The position numbers and the translations under genes are program-made. Shown here in pieces: positions 29,524 through 51,486 of a stretch of 64,000 nucleotides of DNA (the stretch's first letter is position 1; the number at the start of each line of letters is the position of its first letter). The DNA comes from Octopus sinensis (taxonomy: Eukaryota), in contig NC_043005.1 in assembly GCF_006345805.1 (NCBI RefSeq), positions 38,440,001 through 38,504,000 of the forward strand, written 5' to 3'. The notes under the pieces are model-generated. The model searched no databases and was not told where the DNA came from. It saw nothing but the letters and a program-made list of their open reading frames with translations.

Positions 29524-30511
29524 CGCATATATGTATATATGAAGAGGTTTCAGATGAAAAGCATGAATATCTATGCGATGCACAAGCATGTACAGGTGAA
29601 AGATTTGGTGGTGTTATGCATTAGTTACTTGTAGTGTCCTGTCTAAATGCTGTGACAGATGGCCTCTTTACTAATGGCTCGCCTGGAGGAAAAACCGTGA
29701 CAGGTTATTACAGTACTGCAACAACGTTATAATACAAGCAGTACGATTTCTAGTCAAAATATTTAGGTCTGCCTCCCACTCAGCTTCCAGACTTCTCAAC
29801 AAATCGTAACAGATGTTTTGATTTTCCTGAGAAATTTTTAATAATCAATATAAACTGCAATTATTTTAAAAATACCACTGTATCCTGATTTTTGTGGCTG
29901 TTATTTTGTCCCAAATTAGCTTTTTTTTATCAAATACTTCCTTTAAATTGCCACCCACTCATTTTGCATATGAGAGACTAGCAGAGATACCTGGCGTTGC
30001 TCGAGATTAAAATGGTATATTTTGTGTTTATATATTACAGTTATCTTGAAACAGGTAATATAGGTAAGTGCAGCATTAACGACGAAACTTTTGAGGAGTA
30101 AATGATGGACTAATTCGACTATGCGACATGCAATACGTCCGTTTGGAAGATTTCAGACCCTTACCTATTATGGAAAATTGGGAGTGGGAGGTATGTAAAT
30201 TTTTAACCCACCGAAAAGTTGTCAGTGGATATACTCGCCTTTGAACCCTCAGCGCTGCATCTAACATGACCCATCGTATGGTTGACAGTGTAATGAAGAT
30301 ATTGTACGTAAGTGGGTACATTCTGGAAATTGGCTGCAATGGGAGACAGCAACGGGGAAGTGAACTGTTAAAATGTTGTGGAAGGCAAAGGGTTGACATT
30401 GAATTGCTGGTGTGGCTGTAGAACAAGAAACATAAAGTGAGCCTATGTAGTCACAAGAGAATATATAGAAATGACTTACTTGAAAAAACGGCATAATGGC
30501 TTACCGCGTGG

Positions 30512-30568
<57 letters not shown>

Positions 30569-31257
30569 AGTACGTCTGTATTTTTGTATGCAGTGTAAAT
30601 TAACGAAGTATAAACAAATGAACTAAATAGAAGCACATGTATGGACCTGCTTATTTAACGGTAAATGCCACAATAATTATTACAGAGAGACAAAGAATTA
30701 TATATAGGTTAAATTTCTTAGTGTAATGGTAAATATGCAATTGTAAATACCTTGCAAGCTTGCAAATGTTGCAATAATTATTAACAGGTAATGGAACAGT
30801 AAATGTGTATTTTTATATATACTTTGGACCTTGCCACCTCATTTTCTTGAAGGGTTTCAGCTCTAGCAGTAACATACATACATTCACGCATGTCAGTCGT
30901 CACATATGTATATATATGTGATGTGCGTGTGTGTTTAATAACGTACGATATACACTCATATGCAAATTGTGACGTCGGCGTCGGCGTCGTGGCATAATAT
31001 GTTTCTGACATACACTCACATACGTATACTAAGATAGTCACACATACATACATTCACACATATTAGTCGTTACATACGTATATGTATGTGTAGATGTATG
31101 TGTATGTTTAATAACGTACCTAACGCGGAAAGACATAAACACTATGAGACATATACACATTAAAACACTTAGACGGACTGACAGACAGATACACAGTCAT
31201 ATAAAACATGTGATGTCATCCTCGTGGTATGAAATGTCTTGTTGACAATAAAAAGGT

Positions 31258-31410
31258 TGCAGCGTGGAAGATGTTTATAAGCCATTCAAGAACACACAAA
31301 AACCGTTAGTTTCACTTCAACATTTAAATTTCATTTGTGTCAAAATATTTTCGTCGCTTTGAAACCGCGACCTGTTCACAGACGAAACTTCGTACTGCAT
31401 CTCAGAAAGT
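31258..31410 (+). repeat. Single-arm copy of the repeat that forms the 41898-42168 hairpin
   Basis: ttgcagcgtggaagatgtttataagcc...cgtcgctttgaaaccgcgacctgttcac aligns to the hairpin arm with several substitutions. Confidence 0.8.
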
Positions 31411-32635
31411 AACCATTTCAATCTCATTGGTCCCGGCGTGACTGAGAAGAAAGCCACAAGACTCCCTCGCTTCCTCATGGAAAAACAAACTAATAAAGTA
31501 AAGCAATAAACCAATTCCTGTCAGAAATACTAAAGAGATGTCCATGATGTCAATGTCTTGAAGACAGAACCAATCGAAAGTTTGGCAACCACACACCGAA
31601 CCAGCGTTTGCCGAAGGCAACATTTCTATCAGAGAATAAGATTATAGGAATAAGTTCATAGCGTTGAGTGTAGCTGATCCAATAGGCTTTTGAATTATCC
31701 AATGAAATGTCGACATTCCTATATCATTACCAGTACTGTATAATACCTATAAACAAGCAGAAGACGTTAATCCTGACTTGCCTATTTTTATTCGCTGTAA
31801 ATAAAATCGTTTTGTCATGTACAGCTCACTTGTAAGACTGGTTACATTGTATAAATAATGAGTGGTTTAAGTGTGTAGTTAGGATTTCAAGTTCTTTTGA
31901 CAGGAAAAGATAACAGAGAGCCACTTATGTACTTACAGTTATCCCGGTGTTTGTTGTTGACTCAACTAGTTCTTATTACGAACCGTTTGTGGCTGTGTTG
32001 TATAACAGGGCAGCCAACATTTAGATCTTTAGACTGATGTGAACAATCATTTCTTAAGCTTAGAGAGACAACAACAATGATAACAATAGCGGTGGTAATG
32101 GCGACAACAACGACCGCAGCAGTGGCGGTGATGACGACGATCAATGACTAGAAGAGGCGACTGTATGTATTCACGAGTGCTGTTTAAAGGCTTAAGTAGA
32201 GACTTTATTTCTAAGTGAATAAACTAACCACTTGAGAGATTATCCTGCCTACTTGAGCGTAACGTTTGAGGTAACTTTAAACTTAATGAAAACCCTAAGA
32301 ATGAAATAGTATAAAACTGGATATATCAACTTGTTATTTCACTGCACGTATTTCATTACCCGTGGAGCTTTGAATCTTTGAACAAGGTACTTAGTTCTAT
32401 CAAAGTAAATATTTAACAATTTCGAAATTAACTTTACGGTATATTGTATTTCCCCGAAAAGAAAGTCACCTGCCTGTGGGAGCATTTTCTATACTCCTAT
32501 GGTACATGCTTAGATGCTTAGAACGGGAGTATTATCACGTATTATCTGCAAGTTACTTATCGGTGCCGTGGACGCGTTGTGCGTCCATGCAGCTTTAGAT
32601 AATGTGAAGTTGTGTCAAACTGTTATGATATATAG

Positions 32636-32846
32636 GAACTGGTGCTGAAAAGTTCCTGACTTTAAGGGCAGCGGAAAAGGCCTGGCTGGAGATCCACTCT
32701 TCCGAGTCCTTTTGCAGGGTTTAGAAAAATTGAAGGACCGCTGCAATAAGTGTGTGAATCTGATAGAGGAATATGCTGAATAAAATGATGATTAACTGAT
32801 CCTTCTAAATTTCCTTTTACCCTAAATTTCCTTTTCAGCAGCCCTC

Positions 32847-32850
<4 letters not shown>
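32636..32850 (+). mobile_element. Mariner-derived MITE / 3' remnant
   Basis: Encodes [21 protein letters not shown] (mariner C-terminus pattern GI.KL..RW.KC....G.Y.E). Ends tgctgaaaag and cttttcagca form an inverted pair next to TA. Confidence 0.7.
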
Positions 32851-32886
<36 letters not shown>

Positions 32887-32922
32887 ATATATATATATAT
32901 ATATTATATGTGTGTGTGTGGG

Positions 32923-33004
<82 letters not shown>

Positions 33005-33419
33005 TGTATATAAATATGTCAATATGTAAGTATGTATGCATGTATCTAAGTGTCTATATGTATGTATGCACGTAAGTGTGTATATGAAAGTATACATATG
33101 AAATGTATGTATGTGTATTTCTATATACATATATCTATGTGTGTATGTAAGTATGTAGATGTATATGCGTGTATCTATGTAGGTATATGTATGTATATAT
33201 TATTAAATAATATACTCCTGAATGTTCAGTTATGCAAGTTAGAAATGGTATAATTTTTTAAAACACATATGTATATGCTTATGTACATATATAAGCTCAT
33301 CTACTTGTATATAAGTATTCTATGAGTGCGTATGCGTATCCGCGTACATGTGTGTGTATGTGTATATGCATGTATGTATGCGTGTATGTGTATATATATA
33401 TATATATTATATATATATA

Positions 33420-33463
<44 letters not shown>

Positions 33464-34484
33464 CGGGAAGCTTTATGAAAATAAACAAAAGACGAAGGCA
33501 GGTGGAATACAAACAAACAATTGTATTAGTATGGCGCTCAGGAATATAAATAAAACAAGTCTTTTACGTTTCGAGCCTACGCTCTTCAACAGAAAGATAC
33601 ACAGAAAAGAAACACAGAAAGAAACAAGGAGAGAAAAAAAATGCGTGCAGAGGCTAGCGAATCAACATGGCGATATATATATATGTGTGTGTGTGTGTAT
33701 GTATGTATATATATGTATACATGGTTGTATGGGTATGTATGCGCATAAGTATATGTGTATTGGTATGTTTACACAAGAATATGCGTGTACATATTTCTAT
33801 ATCAGTGTGTATGTTTGTTTACGTTTTTAATATGTAAATCTATGTATGCCTATGTTGTATCCATAAATATTAAGGTATATTAATTATTGTCTCCCCTACA
33901 TTACTATAAATTACACCAGTTTATTTTGGGTTCTCTTTTCCTCACTCTGAAAACATGCACAACAAAAATATACACAACTTTAATAATAAAAACAACTATT
34001 TCGACAGACGCTAACAAAAAAGTCTTTTCTTATATACTAAATAACTCTATATCTGGTTATATATAAGTTTATCACGTAATTCCCCCTTTCAGACCTTTTT
34101 TCTCGTATAGTATTTATTTCTAAATCTTTTAAAAAATATATCAAGCTATGACTAGATAATTAATTAAGACATACAACGCCTATTTTGTCTATGAATATTA
34201 TACCTATAATTTACAATAAATATAAAATTATAATTTTTATAAACCAGAAATTATTCCTTAATACTGGTACTAACCACCAATTTTCTAAAAAATCTTAAGT
34301 GGAAAGGAGAATTGACGGTTAAATAAAAACTAAATATGCATTTGAAAATACATATATTCTTTATTTGATATTTCACAAATACAGTTTGACCAGTATAATA
34401 ATGTATTCAAGTAGTTTAAAATAGACACATATTGGATTTTATAGAATGTCAGTTTTAATATTACACATATTAGCACCCACTTAC

Positions 34485-34554
34485 CTATATATTTTTTGTC
34501 TAGATTGAAATAAATGTAACTAGAAGAAAGAATATAAAAATCCCCAAATGATAA
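34485..34554 (-). CDS. Candidate small internal exon (70 nt, LSFGDFYILSSSYIYFNLDKKYI+G) that could link the two polycystin-like exons
   Basis: Acceptor ttttttcatag| and strong donor AG|gtaagt. The frame is open, entering in phase 0 and leaving in phase 1, which is what is needed to join 52398 to 11862. There is no homology support and the AT-rich context makes a chance match plausible. Confidence 0.25.
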
Positions 34555-34974
34555 CTATGAAAAAAATCTATGCACTTTAAGCGTCTTTTTTAGTTTTTCG
34601 ATTAGCTACTGATGAGTACAAATATGACTAATACGATTTTCTATCTATAAATACCTGAGGCCATTTGTATGAAACAGCTGTATAGAAACATGAAAAAGAA
34701 AAACTATTATCTATCTTAACATCTAATCTCCTCCATTACATTAAATATGAATGAATTTGTGGAACTTTGTTGAACAAGTTATCATATACTGGTTATTTCT
34801 ATATAAGCTTTCATACATATACGAATATATATAAGAAAATTCGAAAGTAATCTATGAAGAAAAGGCATTAGAAGTCATAGAAAAAAATTCCAGTTAAAGG
34901 AACATATATTCATCCGATAAATTATATATAAAATATATTTAATATATAAATATAAATAAATACATATATATGTA

Positions 34975-37900
34975 TAGAAAATATGAAGGCCGAGCTAAGC
35001 CAGGAGATCCAACGAGCTATCAGCAACCATTTATGCAAATCACAAGGACCACACACCCACTACCAACAAGAAAATCATACACACACAGCTCCATACAAGA
35101 ACTACCCACATTGTTACCACTGAACAACATAAAACATAACTTAGAACAATGCAAACATCAAACTTCCCTTACCTCGACATTCCTGTTAAATGTACGTGGC
35201 ATCAACTCATCAATTATTGCCCAAAAATGAAAGATCCCATATATAGAGAGTTGGCTTGCCGAAACGGCACATTGCTTCCATTTCTTTATCCTTACTGAGA
35301 CTCACCTGAACAACACCCATATGGACGCCGTGGTGAAAATAAAAGATTTCACCATTGTTCGTGCGGATCGAACAGACCGAAATAAGGGAGGGACAGCCAT
35401 CTTTATCCATGACTCCTTTTCACTTGATGCCAAGGACATATTTTCCAATGGCTATTGTGAATCTGTATCACTATTCAGCAAGGCCAAGGACATAATCATT
35501 GTTGGTCTTTACAGGCCTCCCCAAGCACCTCTAAAGTGCTTTGAAGAGTGCCTTAGCAAAGTCAAGTCCTTCCTTCGGAAGTACAACTCCGGAAACATAC
35601 TAGTGATAGGTGATTTTAACCTCCCTCATGTGAACTGGCCCACAAATACTCTGAAGTTAGGCAAATGCTCTACATCAGATAGAGCAGCAGCAGAACTGCT
35701 CTTTAATCTAATGGATGAATACTTCCTGACTCAGCTAGTGCTCGAACCAACGAGACAGAATAAAACGATCTTGGATCTGGTATTGACCAATCACTCTAGC
35801 TTCGTTCACAGTATTTCAGTTGAAAAAACTCTCCTCTCAGACCACGACATGGTACTCTGCAATTTTAATTCCCGACATATAAAAACCAAACCAGCCAATC
35901 CCACTCCATGGCACTCATTTTACAACATAAACTTCCACAAAGCGGACTGAGGAGCAATCAGAAAGGATCTGTCTTTTATCGACTGGTCTTTTACTCTCAA
36001 TTCCACCCATATTGAGACCGCATGGCAGCACTTTGACAACATTGTCACCTATACATGCTCTAAACACGCTCCCACGAAATCTACTAACACAAACAGAAAC
36101 CGGCTCCCTAAAAAGAAAAAAACACTCATCAGGCGCATCAAAAGACTCAACAAAAAAATCAACCAATTAAAATATTCCCACATACAACATTCACATTCAA
36201 CAACAATAAAAAGGCTAGAGCTGGAAAAACTTCATCTGCAGACCGACATGAAAACCTCCATTGAAAATCAAAGAGCTGTGGAGGAGCAGTGAGTAATCAA
36301 AAACATCAAACAGAACCCAAAAGTGTTCTATTCTTATGCAAATAAGCATAGAACCACTGTCTCACCCATTGAGCCATTGACTGATGATAACGGCATTCCC
36401 CAACACGATGCTAAAGAAATGGCAGAAATACTGCAGAAACAATACTGCTCTGTCTTTAGTGTTCCCACTGATATTGACGTAAGAGAAGCGAACGAAGTTG
36501 ACTCCCAACATAAAATCTCAGACATAACCTTCACTGCCACTGACATCATAGCAGCAATAAATGAGGTCAAATACTACTCTGCTGTAGGCCCTGATAGATT
36601 CCCCGCTTGTCTCCTGAAGGAATGTAGACACCAACTTGCAGTCCCTCTGACCAACCTCTGGAGAAATTCGTTAGACGCAGGTTATATACCGAAACAGTTT
36701 CTATCCCAGTCAGTCATCCCGGTTTTCAAACAGGGAAACAGATCCCTCGCAGTCAACTATTGCCCAATCTCACTCACCTCCCACATCATTAATGTGTTTG
36801 AAAGAGTGTTAAGATCAAGGATAGCTGACTTCCTGGAGACCCGCAAACTCCTAAATGCAAATCAGCATGGCTTTCGCTGTGGCAGGGACTGTCTAACACA
36901 GCTCTTACACCACATTGAAGATATACTCAAAGCCTTGGGAACAGGTTCGAACTCTGATGTCATATATCTTGACTTCAGTAAAGCGTTCGACAGGGTAGAC
37001 CATAATATCCTACTCTCAAAATTGGCAAATGTTGGAATCCGTGGAAAAGTTCTACACTGGATTAAGTATTTCCTGGCGAATAGAACACAACATGTTGTAG
37101 TTGATGGAGTCCACTCAAGCCCAGCAAAAGTCACCAGCGGTGTTCCCCAGGGGACTGTCTTGGGCCCGCTACTCTTCATAATTTACATAAACGACCTTTC
37201 CAGTGTCGTACATTACTGCAAAGGGAAAATATTTGCTGATGACACTAAGCTCCAGCAAATCGTCAATGAAGAAGCAGACCGAACTCAACTCCAGTCCGAT
37301 CTATATGCTGTGAGTCAATGGGCAGACAGAAACAAAATGCAACTGAACGAGGGAAAATTTGAGCTGATGCATTTTGGAAGAAATTCCTCACTAAAACAGC
37401 CATACTCTCTTCCTTCAGGGGAACCGCTCACAGCCTCTAACAATATCAGAGACCTGGGTGTAATTGTTGATGATGATTTCAGTTGGAGTGCACACATCAA
37501 CAATAAGGTCGATATAGCTCGTAGGATGAGTTCCTGGATCTTAAGAACATTCCGGTCCAGAGAACAAGGTGTCATCATACCATTTTTCTCATCATTTGTA
37601 CGGCCACACCTCGAATACTGCTGCCCACTGTGGTCTCCCCATACAAGACAAAACATCTCGAGGATTGAATCACCCCAGAGGGCACTCACTAAACGAATTG
37701 AAGGCATGGCTGCTCTCGATTATTGGGATCGCCTTAAAGCCTTGAAACTCTACTCTCTCCAGCGTCGCCGTGAGCGGTACATCATTTGTACGATGTGGAG
37801 AATATACCGCCAACTTTGCCCAAACGACCTGAACATTAGCTTCAAGGTTCATCCAAGACTGGGACCACGGGCCATACGTCCCCTGTCCAATTCAAGATTA

Positions 37901-38214
37901 CAGCATACATGTACACTGCAACATAATTTCTTTTCCTCAACAGGCCCTGCCCTATTTAACATTGTTCCGAAGAGATCAAAGAGGAAAAGTATCCCATCAA
38001 CTTTAAACGGAGTCTGGATAGATTCCTTCAAGGAATACCAGATAAGCCTACCATAATTGGATACAACTCACCCAACAAAAAACTCACTACTTGAATGGAC
38101 CATAAACAAAACTTGACTTAAACAGGATTCAAATAATCTATCAGGTGGTGCTATTAAGTTAGACATGGCCTGGACCAATCTTTGGTCGAAACATATCTAA
38201 GTTTATCTAAGTTT
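34975..38214 (+). mobile_element. LINE 1: CR1/L2-type non-LTR retrotransposon, 5'-truncated, APE endonuclease plus RT, inactivated
   Basis: ORFs 34970-35230, 35321-35950 and 36323-38056 share one frame. APE motifs LLNVRG, LTETHL, GDFNLP, LDLVLTN and SDHD; RT motifs QHGFR, YLDFSKAFD, GVPQGTVLGP and IFADD. Three TGA stops (35228, 35948, 36290) and a frameshift near 37968. The tail (atctaagttt)x2 runs into (TA)n. Confidence 0.95.
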
Positions 38215-38312
38215 ATATATATATATATATTATATATATATATATATATACATATATACATAAATACATGCATATATATATATTTACTAAAACTAATTTT
38301 TCTTTTTCCCTT

Positions 38313-38391
<79 letters not shown>

Positions 38392-38415
38392 TATATATAA
38401 TATATATATATATAT

Positions 38416-41400
38416 GGAGGATCCAATGCCACCCAGTACACTTCAGGAAAGAAGAAATCTGGAAGGCACCGAAGAACCTGTAAATTCTACCTGCGGAGCA
38501 AATGTTGGCATGGTGAGGACGGCAAAAACTGCCGGTTCGCCCACTCGACACCCCGCCAGAACTTCAGGGGACTCAAAGAGAAAAGCTTTACCGAGGGAAC
38601 ACAAAAAATGTCTCCCAGGAAAACTTTCAAAAACGAAGTGCTCTCCTCAGATGTTCTGCGCAACGCAGCACCTGAGCAAGAGTCTTTTTTATGCATGGCG
38701 CAAAGAATTGTCCGGCAGCTAACCTGGCTACACCAAGCACAGAGAAGGAACCCTGCCCACCACTATTCAAGACCACCACAGTCAACAGACACGGGATGGC
38801 CTCCCCTAACGCCTGCACAGCCGTCACCCCAATAGTTTTACTAAATATTGGGGGCCTGTTGCATCAAAATAGAAACAAAATTTCTTTCCTGAGAGATCTT
38901 ACTGCATGCAATCAAGCCCTATGCATAGCACTTATGGAAACTCACCTCAACCCTGATATAGAGGACGCAGAAGTACACATACCCAACTGTGCCATACTGC
39001 GAACAGACAGAAGGGAAAGGAGCCATGGTGGAGTTGCTGTATACATCCGAGATGACCTCACACCCCAGGTCTTAATGACATACTCAAATTCGGTATGTGA
39101 CACTTTAATTGTATACATAAGACAACATAATATAGTCATATGCAATACATATTGCCCACCGGATGCCCCAAATCACATAGGCAAGTTTGAAGATTGACTC
39201 ACAAGAATTAAAGAAATCCTCATGAATCTGGAACACCACGTGACCATATTTCTTATGGGTGATTTCAACTTCCCCAACGTCAAATGGCCCGAAGGCCACA
39301 TACTCTCAGGAATGAATCATTGGAAGCAAGTACAAGTGGAGTCCCTGCTCAACCTCAGCAATGCTTTATTCATGGAGCAAGTTGTACTCAAGCTAACTAG
39401 GGCGAATAACATTCTGGATCTCTGCTTCACGAACAATATGGACATCATTCATGATGTGAAAGTGACACCGACATCAGTTTCGGATCACAACATAATAGAG
39501 CTGTCTATGTTTGGGCCAAAAGTAACCAGAGACATACAGCCTAAAGGAAGCACCCGAAATCTCTCCAATCTGAACTTCCACAAAGCAGATTGGAAATCGA
39601 TCCAAAAAGAGATCCTCAGAGAGGACTGGCCGGAATGTCTCTCCACACCAGACATTGACATGAAACTAGAATGTTTCATGTCTTCTGTGCAGGCCGTATG
39701 CCAGAAATATGTCCCAGAGCACAAGGCCAAAACAAATAGGAGCAAGATTCCAAGAGACAGGAAGATCCTCATGAGACGACGGACGAAGGTTGCAAATTGT
39801 CTCAACCAACATCCCAAAAGTAGCGAAACGTCCCGCCTAAAAACAACACTGATGGAGATCGAAAAAAGGCTGCAACAATCCTATGTGAAGGAGAAAGCAG
39901 ACAAAGAAGCCTTGGTTATAAAAAACATTAAATCAAACCCAAAGGCCTTCTTTCATTACGCGAAAGAAACAGTCTCAGTGCACTATAAGATAGGACCCCT
40001 CCTCCAAATGGATGACTCCCTCACAGACAGTCCAACTAAGATCAGTGAGATGCTGAATGACCAGTTCAAAAGTGTCTTTACCACCCCGTTGGAACACAGA
40101 CAAGTGAACGAACCAGTGGACTTCTTTGCCGCCTCACCTATAACCAACGAGGCGGTTACAATAGAATGTATTGACATTAGTGAAAAAGATGTCCTTCTAG
40201 CCATAGATGAAGTGGACACAAACTCAGCTGCTGGTTCAGATGGTTTCCCAGCCATCCTCCTCAAAGCGTGTAAGCATGCCTTGGCAAAACCCCCCTAGAT
40301 TCTCTTCCAGAGCTTTCTTGCGAATGGCAAACTGCCAAGCAAGCTGAAGGAGGGAATAATATGCCCAATACATAAAGTGGGAAATAGAGCAGATGCCAAA
40401 AATTATAGGCCTATCTCTCTGACTTCACACATCAGCAAAGTCATGGAACGGATAGTCAGAAAGAAACTAATCGCATTTCTTGAGGGAAATAACTTTTCGA
40501 CCAGGTAGGAGCTGCCTGACCCAGCTCTTACAACATTATGACTGGGTGTTGAGGCAGTTACTCAACAAATCAAATGTGGACGTAATCTACCTTGATTTTG
40601 CAAAAGCTTTTGACAAGGTGGATCATGGTATGTGATATGCCACAAACTGCGTGACCTCGGCATAACTGGAAAACTTGGAGTGTGGTTACATGACTTCCTG
40701 AAAGATAGGAGTCAGGCAGTAGTGGTTAATGGAGCCACCTCTATGACCACACAAATAGTGAGCGGTGTTCCACAGGGCACTGTCTTGGGACCACTGCTTT
40801 TTATAGTGGCCCTCTCAGATATGCCCTCAAATGCCCGGATAACCACTCTGGCCAGCTATGCAGACGATACGAAAGTCTCGCAGAAAATACAGAACCCCAG
40901 CGATGTTGCACACCTGCAGCAAGAGTTGGACTCAATCTACAGATGGGCTGAGGATAATAATATGCAGTTTAATGCTGAAAAATTCCAGGCCCTGCGCTAC
41001 CAGCATCCAAAACTGAATATTAAACTTACAGGATACACCGGTCCACGGGGAATTTCAATCCCAGAGCCTAAGTCTGCGAGGGACCTGGGTATCAACATGA
41101 GTGATGATACCTCTTTCCAAGTGCACATTACCAGGATGGCGACAAAGTGCAGACGACTGGCTGGGTGGATCCTAAGAACATTCAGAACTAGAGATAAGGA
41201 AACCATGATGGTCCTCTGGCGGACATTCGTCCTCAGCCGTCTGGATTACTGCTCACAGCTATGGTCACCCACCAGTGTAAAATTAACAGCGGACCTTGAA
41301 GCAATCCAGAGAAGATTCACAAAGAAGATCGTCTCTTTGCAACAGCTCAGCTACTGGGAAAGGTTGAAACAGCTAAGACTCTACTCCCTGGAGAGAAGAC

Positions 41401-41832
41401 GGGAGAGGCATGCAGTAATATATATCTGGAAGATCCTGGAAGGAATTGTGCCAAATTTTGGCATTGTAAGCTACACCAATGCTAGAACGGGACGACACTG
41501 CATAGTGCCAAAGATCCCAGCAATGCCATCACGCTTCAGGACCAGCTTCTGCAACAGCCTGGGTTTCAAGGGCCCACAGCTTTTTAATATTCTCCCAAAG
41601 AGTCTGAGGAACTTGCACAAAGTATATGTAGCGGTTTTTAAATCAAAGCTGGACATTTTCCTGTCGAGAGTCCCAGATGAACCTACCTCACGGCAAAAGG
41701 TGCAAATGAGAGTAGCTATATCAAACTCCATTCTTCACCAGGTGTCACATGTTAGACGAGGTTCTTCGTAATAACAGTGTGGCGCAAAGCGGCGGTGCAT
41801 CAGCACTGCCGCAGCTCTGAGCTGGAACTAAA

Positions 41833-41834
<2 letters not shown>
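38416..41834 (+). mobile_element. LINE 2: related CR1/L2-type retrotransposon with N-terminal CCCH finger, APE and RT; pseudogenised
   Basis: ORFs 38691-39197, 39222-40298 and 40632-41771 carry LLNIGG, ETHL, MGDFNFP, SDHN, YRPISL, LDFAKAFD, GVPQGTVLGP and YADD. Frameshifts and a small deletion near 40495; (TA)n on both sides. Confidence 0.95.
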
Positions 41835-41897
<63 letters not shown>

Positions 41898-41898
<1 letters not shown>

Positions 41899-42168
41899 AC
41901 AATTGCAGCGTGGAAGGTATTTATAAGCCATTTAAGAAACACACAAAATCTGTTAGATTAACTTCAACATTTAAATTTAATTTGCCAAAATATTTTCGTC
42001 GCTTTGAGACCGCGACCTGTTCACTGACAAAATTCCGTGCTGCATCTTGTCAGTGAACAGGTCGCGGTCTCAAAGCGACGAAAATATTTTGGCAAATTAA
42101 ATTTAAATGTTGAAGTTAATCTAACGGATTTTGTGTGTTTCTTAAACACCTTCCACGCTGCAATTGTT
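41898..42168. repeat. Near-perfect 271-bp palindrome (foldback) next to a TA array
   Basis: Arms 41898-42030 and 42047-42168 are reverse complements except for one substitution and an 11-bp indel; 16-nt loop. Confidence 0.92.
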
Positions 42169-42235
42169 TTCGTTCCAGATCACGATCTCAAATCAGGTCA
42201 CTTGCTATGCAATTACATCTCCGTAATATAAATAT

Positions 42236-42324
<89 letters not shown>

Positions 42325-42334
42325 GCAGTCAGAA

Positions 42335-49836
<7,502 letters not shown>

Positions 49837-50084
49837 TATATGTATGATAACAAATTCTTAATATTGGATTTAACCCAAATGCTTTGAATAATGTATTACT
49901 AAGGAGCTAAACTCGAAACATATGTAGGTTTTTTTGAGTTTTCTATTGTATTTTTTTAGTATATTTGTATTTGAATCTTAACAACAAACTACGATACAAA
50001 TAAATTAACTATACATATTCAAGTCTCTATTTTCCTACTTTACTAATTTTACCTATATATATATGTATATAGGTATATATGCAT

Positions 50085-50143
<59 letters not shown>

Positions 50144-50676
50144 CATGTATGTATGTATGTGTATATATAGTCAATTCAAACAAGAACAAGCAAGAAAAAA
50201 ATAAATAACAACCAGAGGACGTAGTACAACGTCTGTGTTATTGGACGTTCTTGGAAAGAAAAGAAAAGAAAGTGAATTTCACGTTTCGAGCGGAGATCTT
50301 CATCAGAAATATAGAAAAAGTCCAAAGAAGGGAAGACGGGGAAAGAAAATCGCCAACAATACACACGCAGTAACATATTGAAATGATCGGAAGGGAATGG
50401 GTAAAGAGAATGTTCTTTCTAAGACAAGAGAGTTCAACAGGAGGTATGTGTGTGTATGTATGAGTATGTGTGTGCGCGCAGATCTGTGTGTGTGTATGTA
50501 ATAATAGCACGTGTATGTGCGTATGTGTGTGTGTGATTGTGGTTGTTTATGTATGTGTGTGGTTGGACTTTGTATTGCTTAATGTCATATAGAAACATGT
50601 GTATATTTATGTATATTTATATCTTTCTATCTATCGCATATATATATATATACACATACATATACATATATAAGTA

Positions 50677-50741
<65 letters not shown>

Positions 50742-50826
50742 CATACATATATATATATATGTATAAGTAAGTATATATATATATATATAATATATACATA
50801 CATATATATATATATGTATAAGTAAG

Positions 50827-50891
<65 letters not shown>

Positions 50892-51444
50892 CATATATAT
50901 ATATATAGTTTCGTGGGCCTCTCACAGAAGCCTGACTTTTTCAGACAGATTATCGATTCAGTAAGCTATGCCTGCAAGTGCCAGGTCTCTATTAAAAGGC
51001 CCGGGTAACTTTAAGTCGTATGGAGCCGAATCAAACTGTTTCAAATATTACATGTAACGTCTACTAAATGTGTCGAGTACCTTTTGTTTCATTCGTCCAC
51101 TTACTCGTATAATATATAGTTGAATCAACCCTATTTATATATCTACTATATAGGTTACACATACACACACACTCCCACACATATAGTTATACAGGGCAAC
51201 ATCTTGTGTCTCATTTCCACAAAGTTTGAAAAAGCTAGGATTCAAAATCTATAAAGGAATGATATAGGATTAATATTTGCAGTTTGATGTTTGATGTGAG
51301 TAAATTAGTTGATGATGTGACAATATTCATATCGTTCACATCCAAATATTAATTCTTCTCTTCCTCTCGACATTAGCCAAAATAGTCTAATGAAACATTG
51401 TAACCTAAACACATGACATAAGTTTAAGAGAACAAATAATACAA

Positions 51445-51486
<42 letters not shown>

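Noticed and set aside
29975-30430. Helitron/HINE-like start (actagcagagatacctggcgttgctcg) and a possible RTE 5' remnant; similar Helitron-like start near 16290
   Set aside because: Too short and degenerate; no matching termini found.
31402-31623. 73-aa minus-strand ORF with one hydrophobic stretch
   Set aside because: No recognisable homology and no good donor site; an extra TM here would not fit the PKD1-like topology.
33900-34950. Very AT-rich block considered as a NUMT or membrane-protein pseudogene
   Set aside because: All frames I translated have frequent stops, and I recognised no mitochondrial gene motif.
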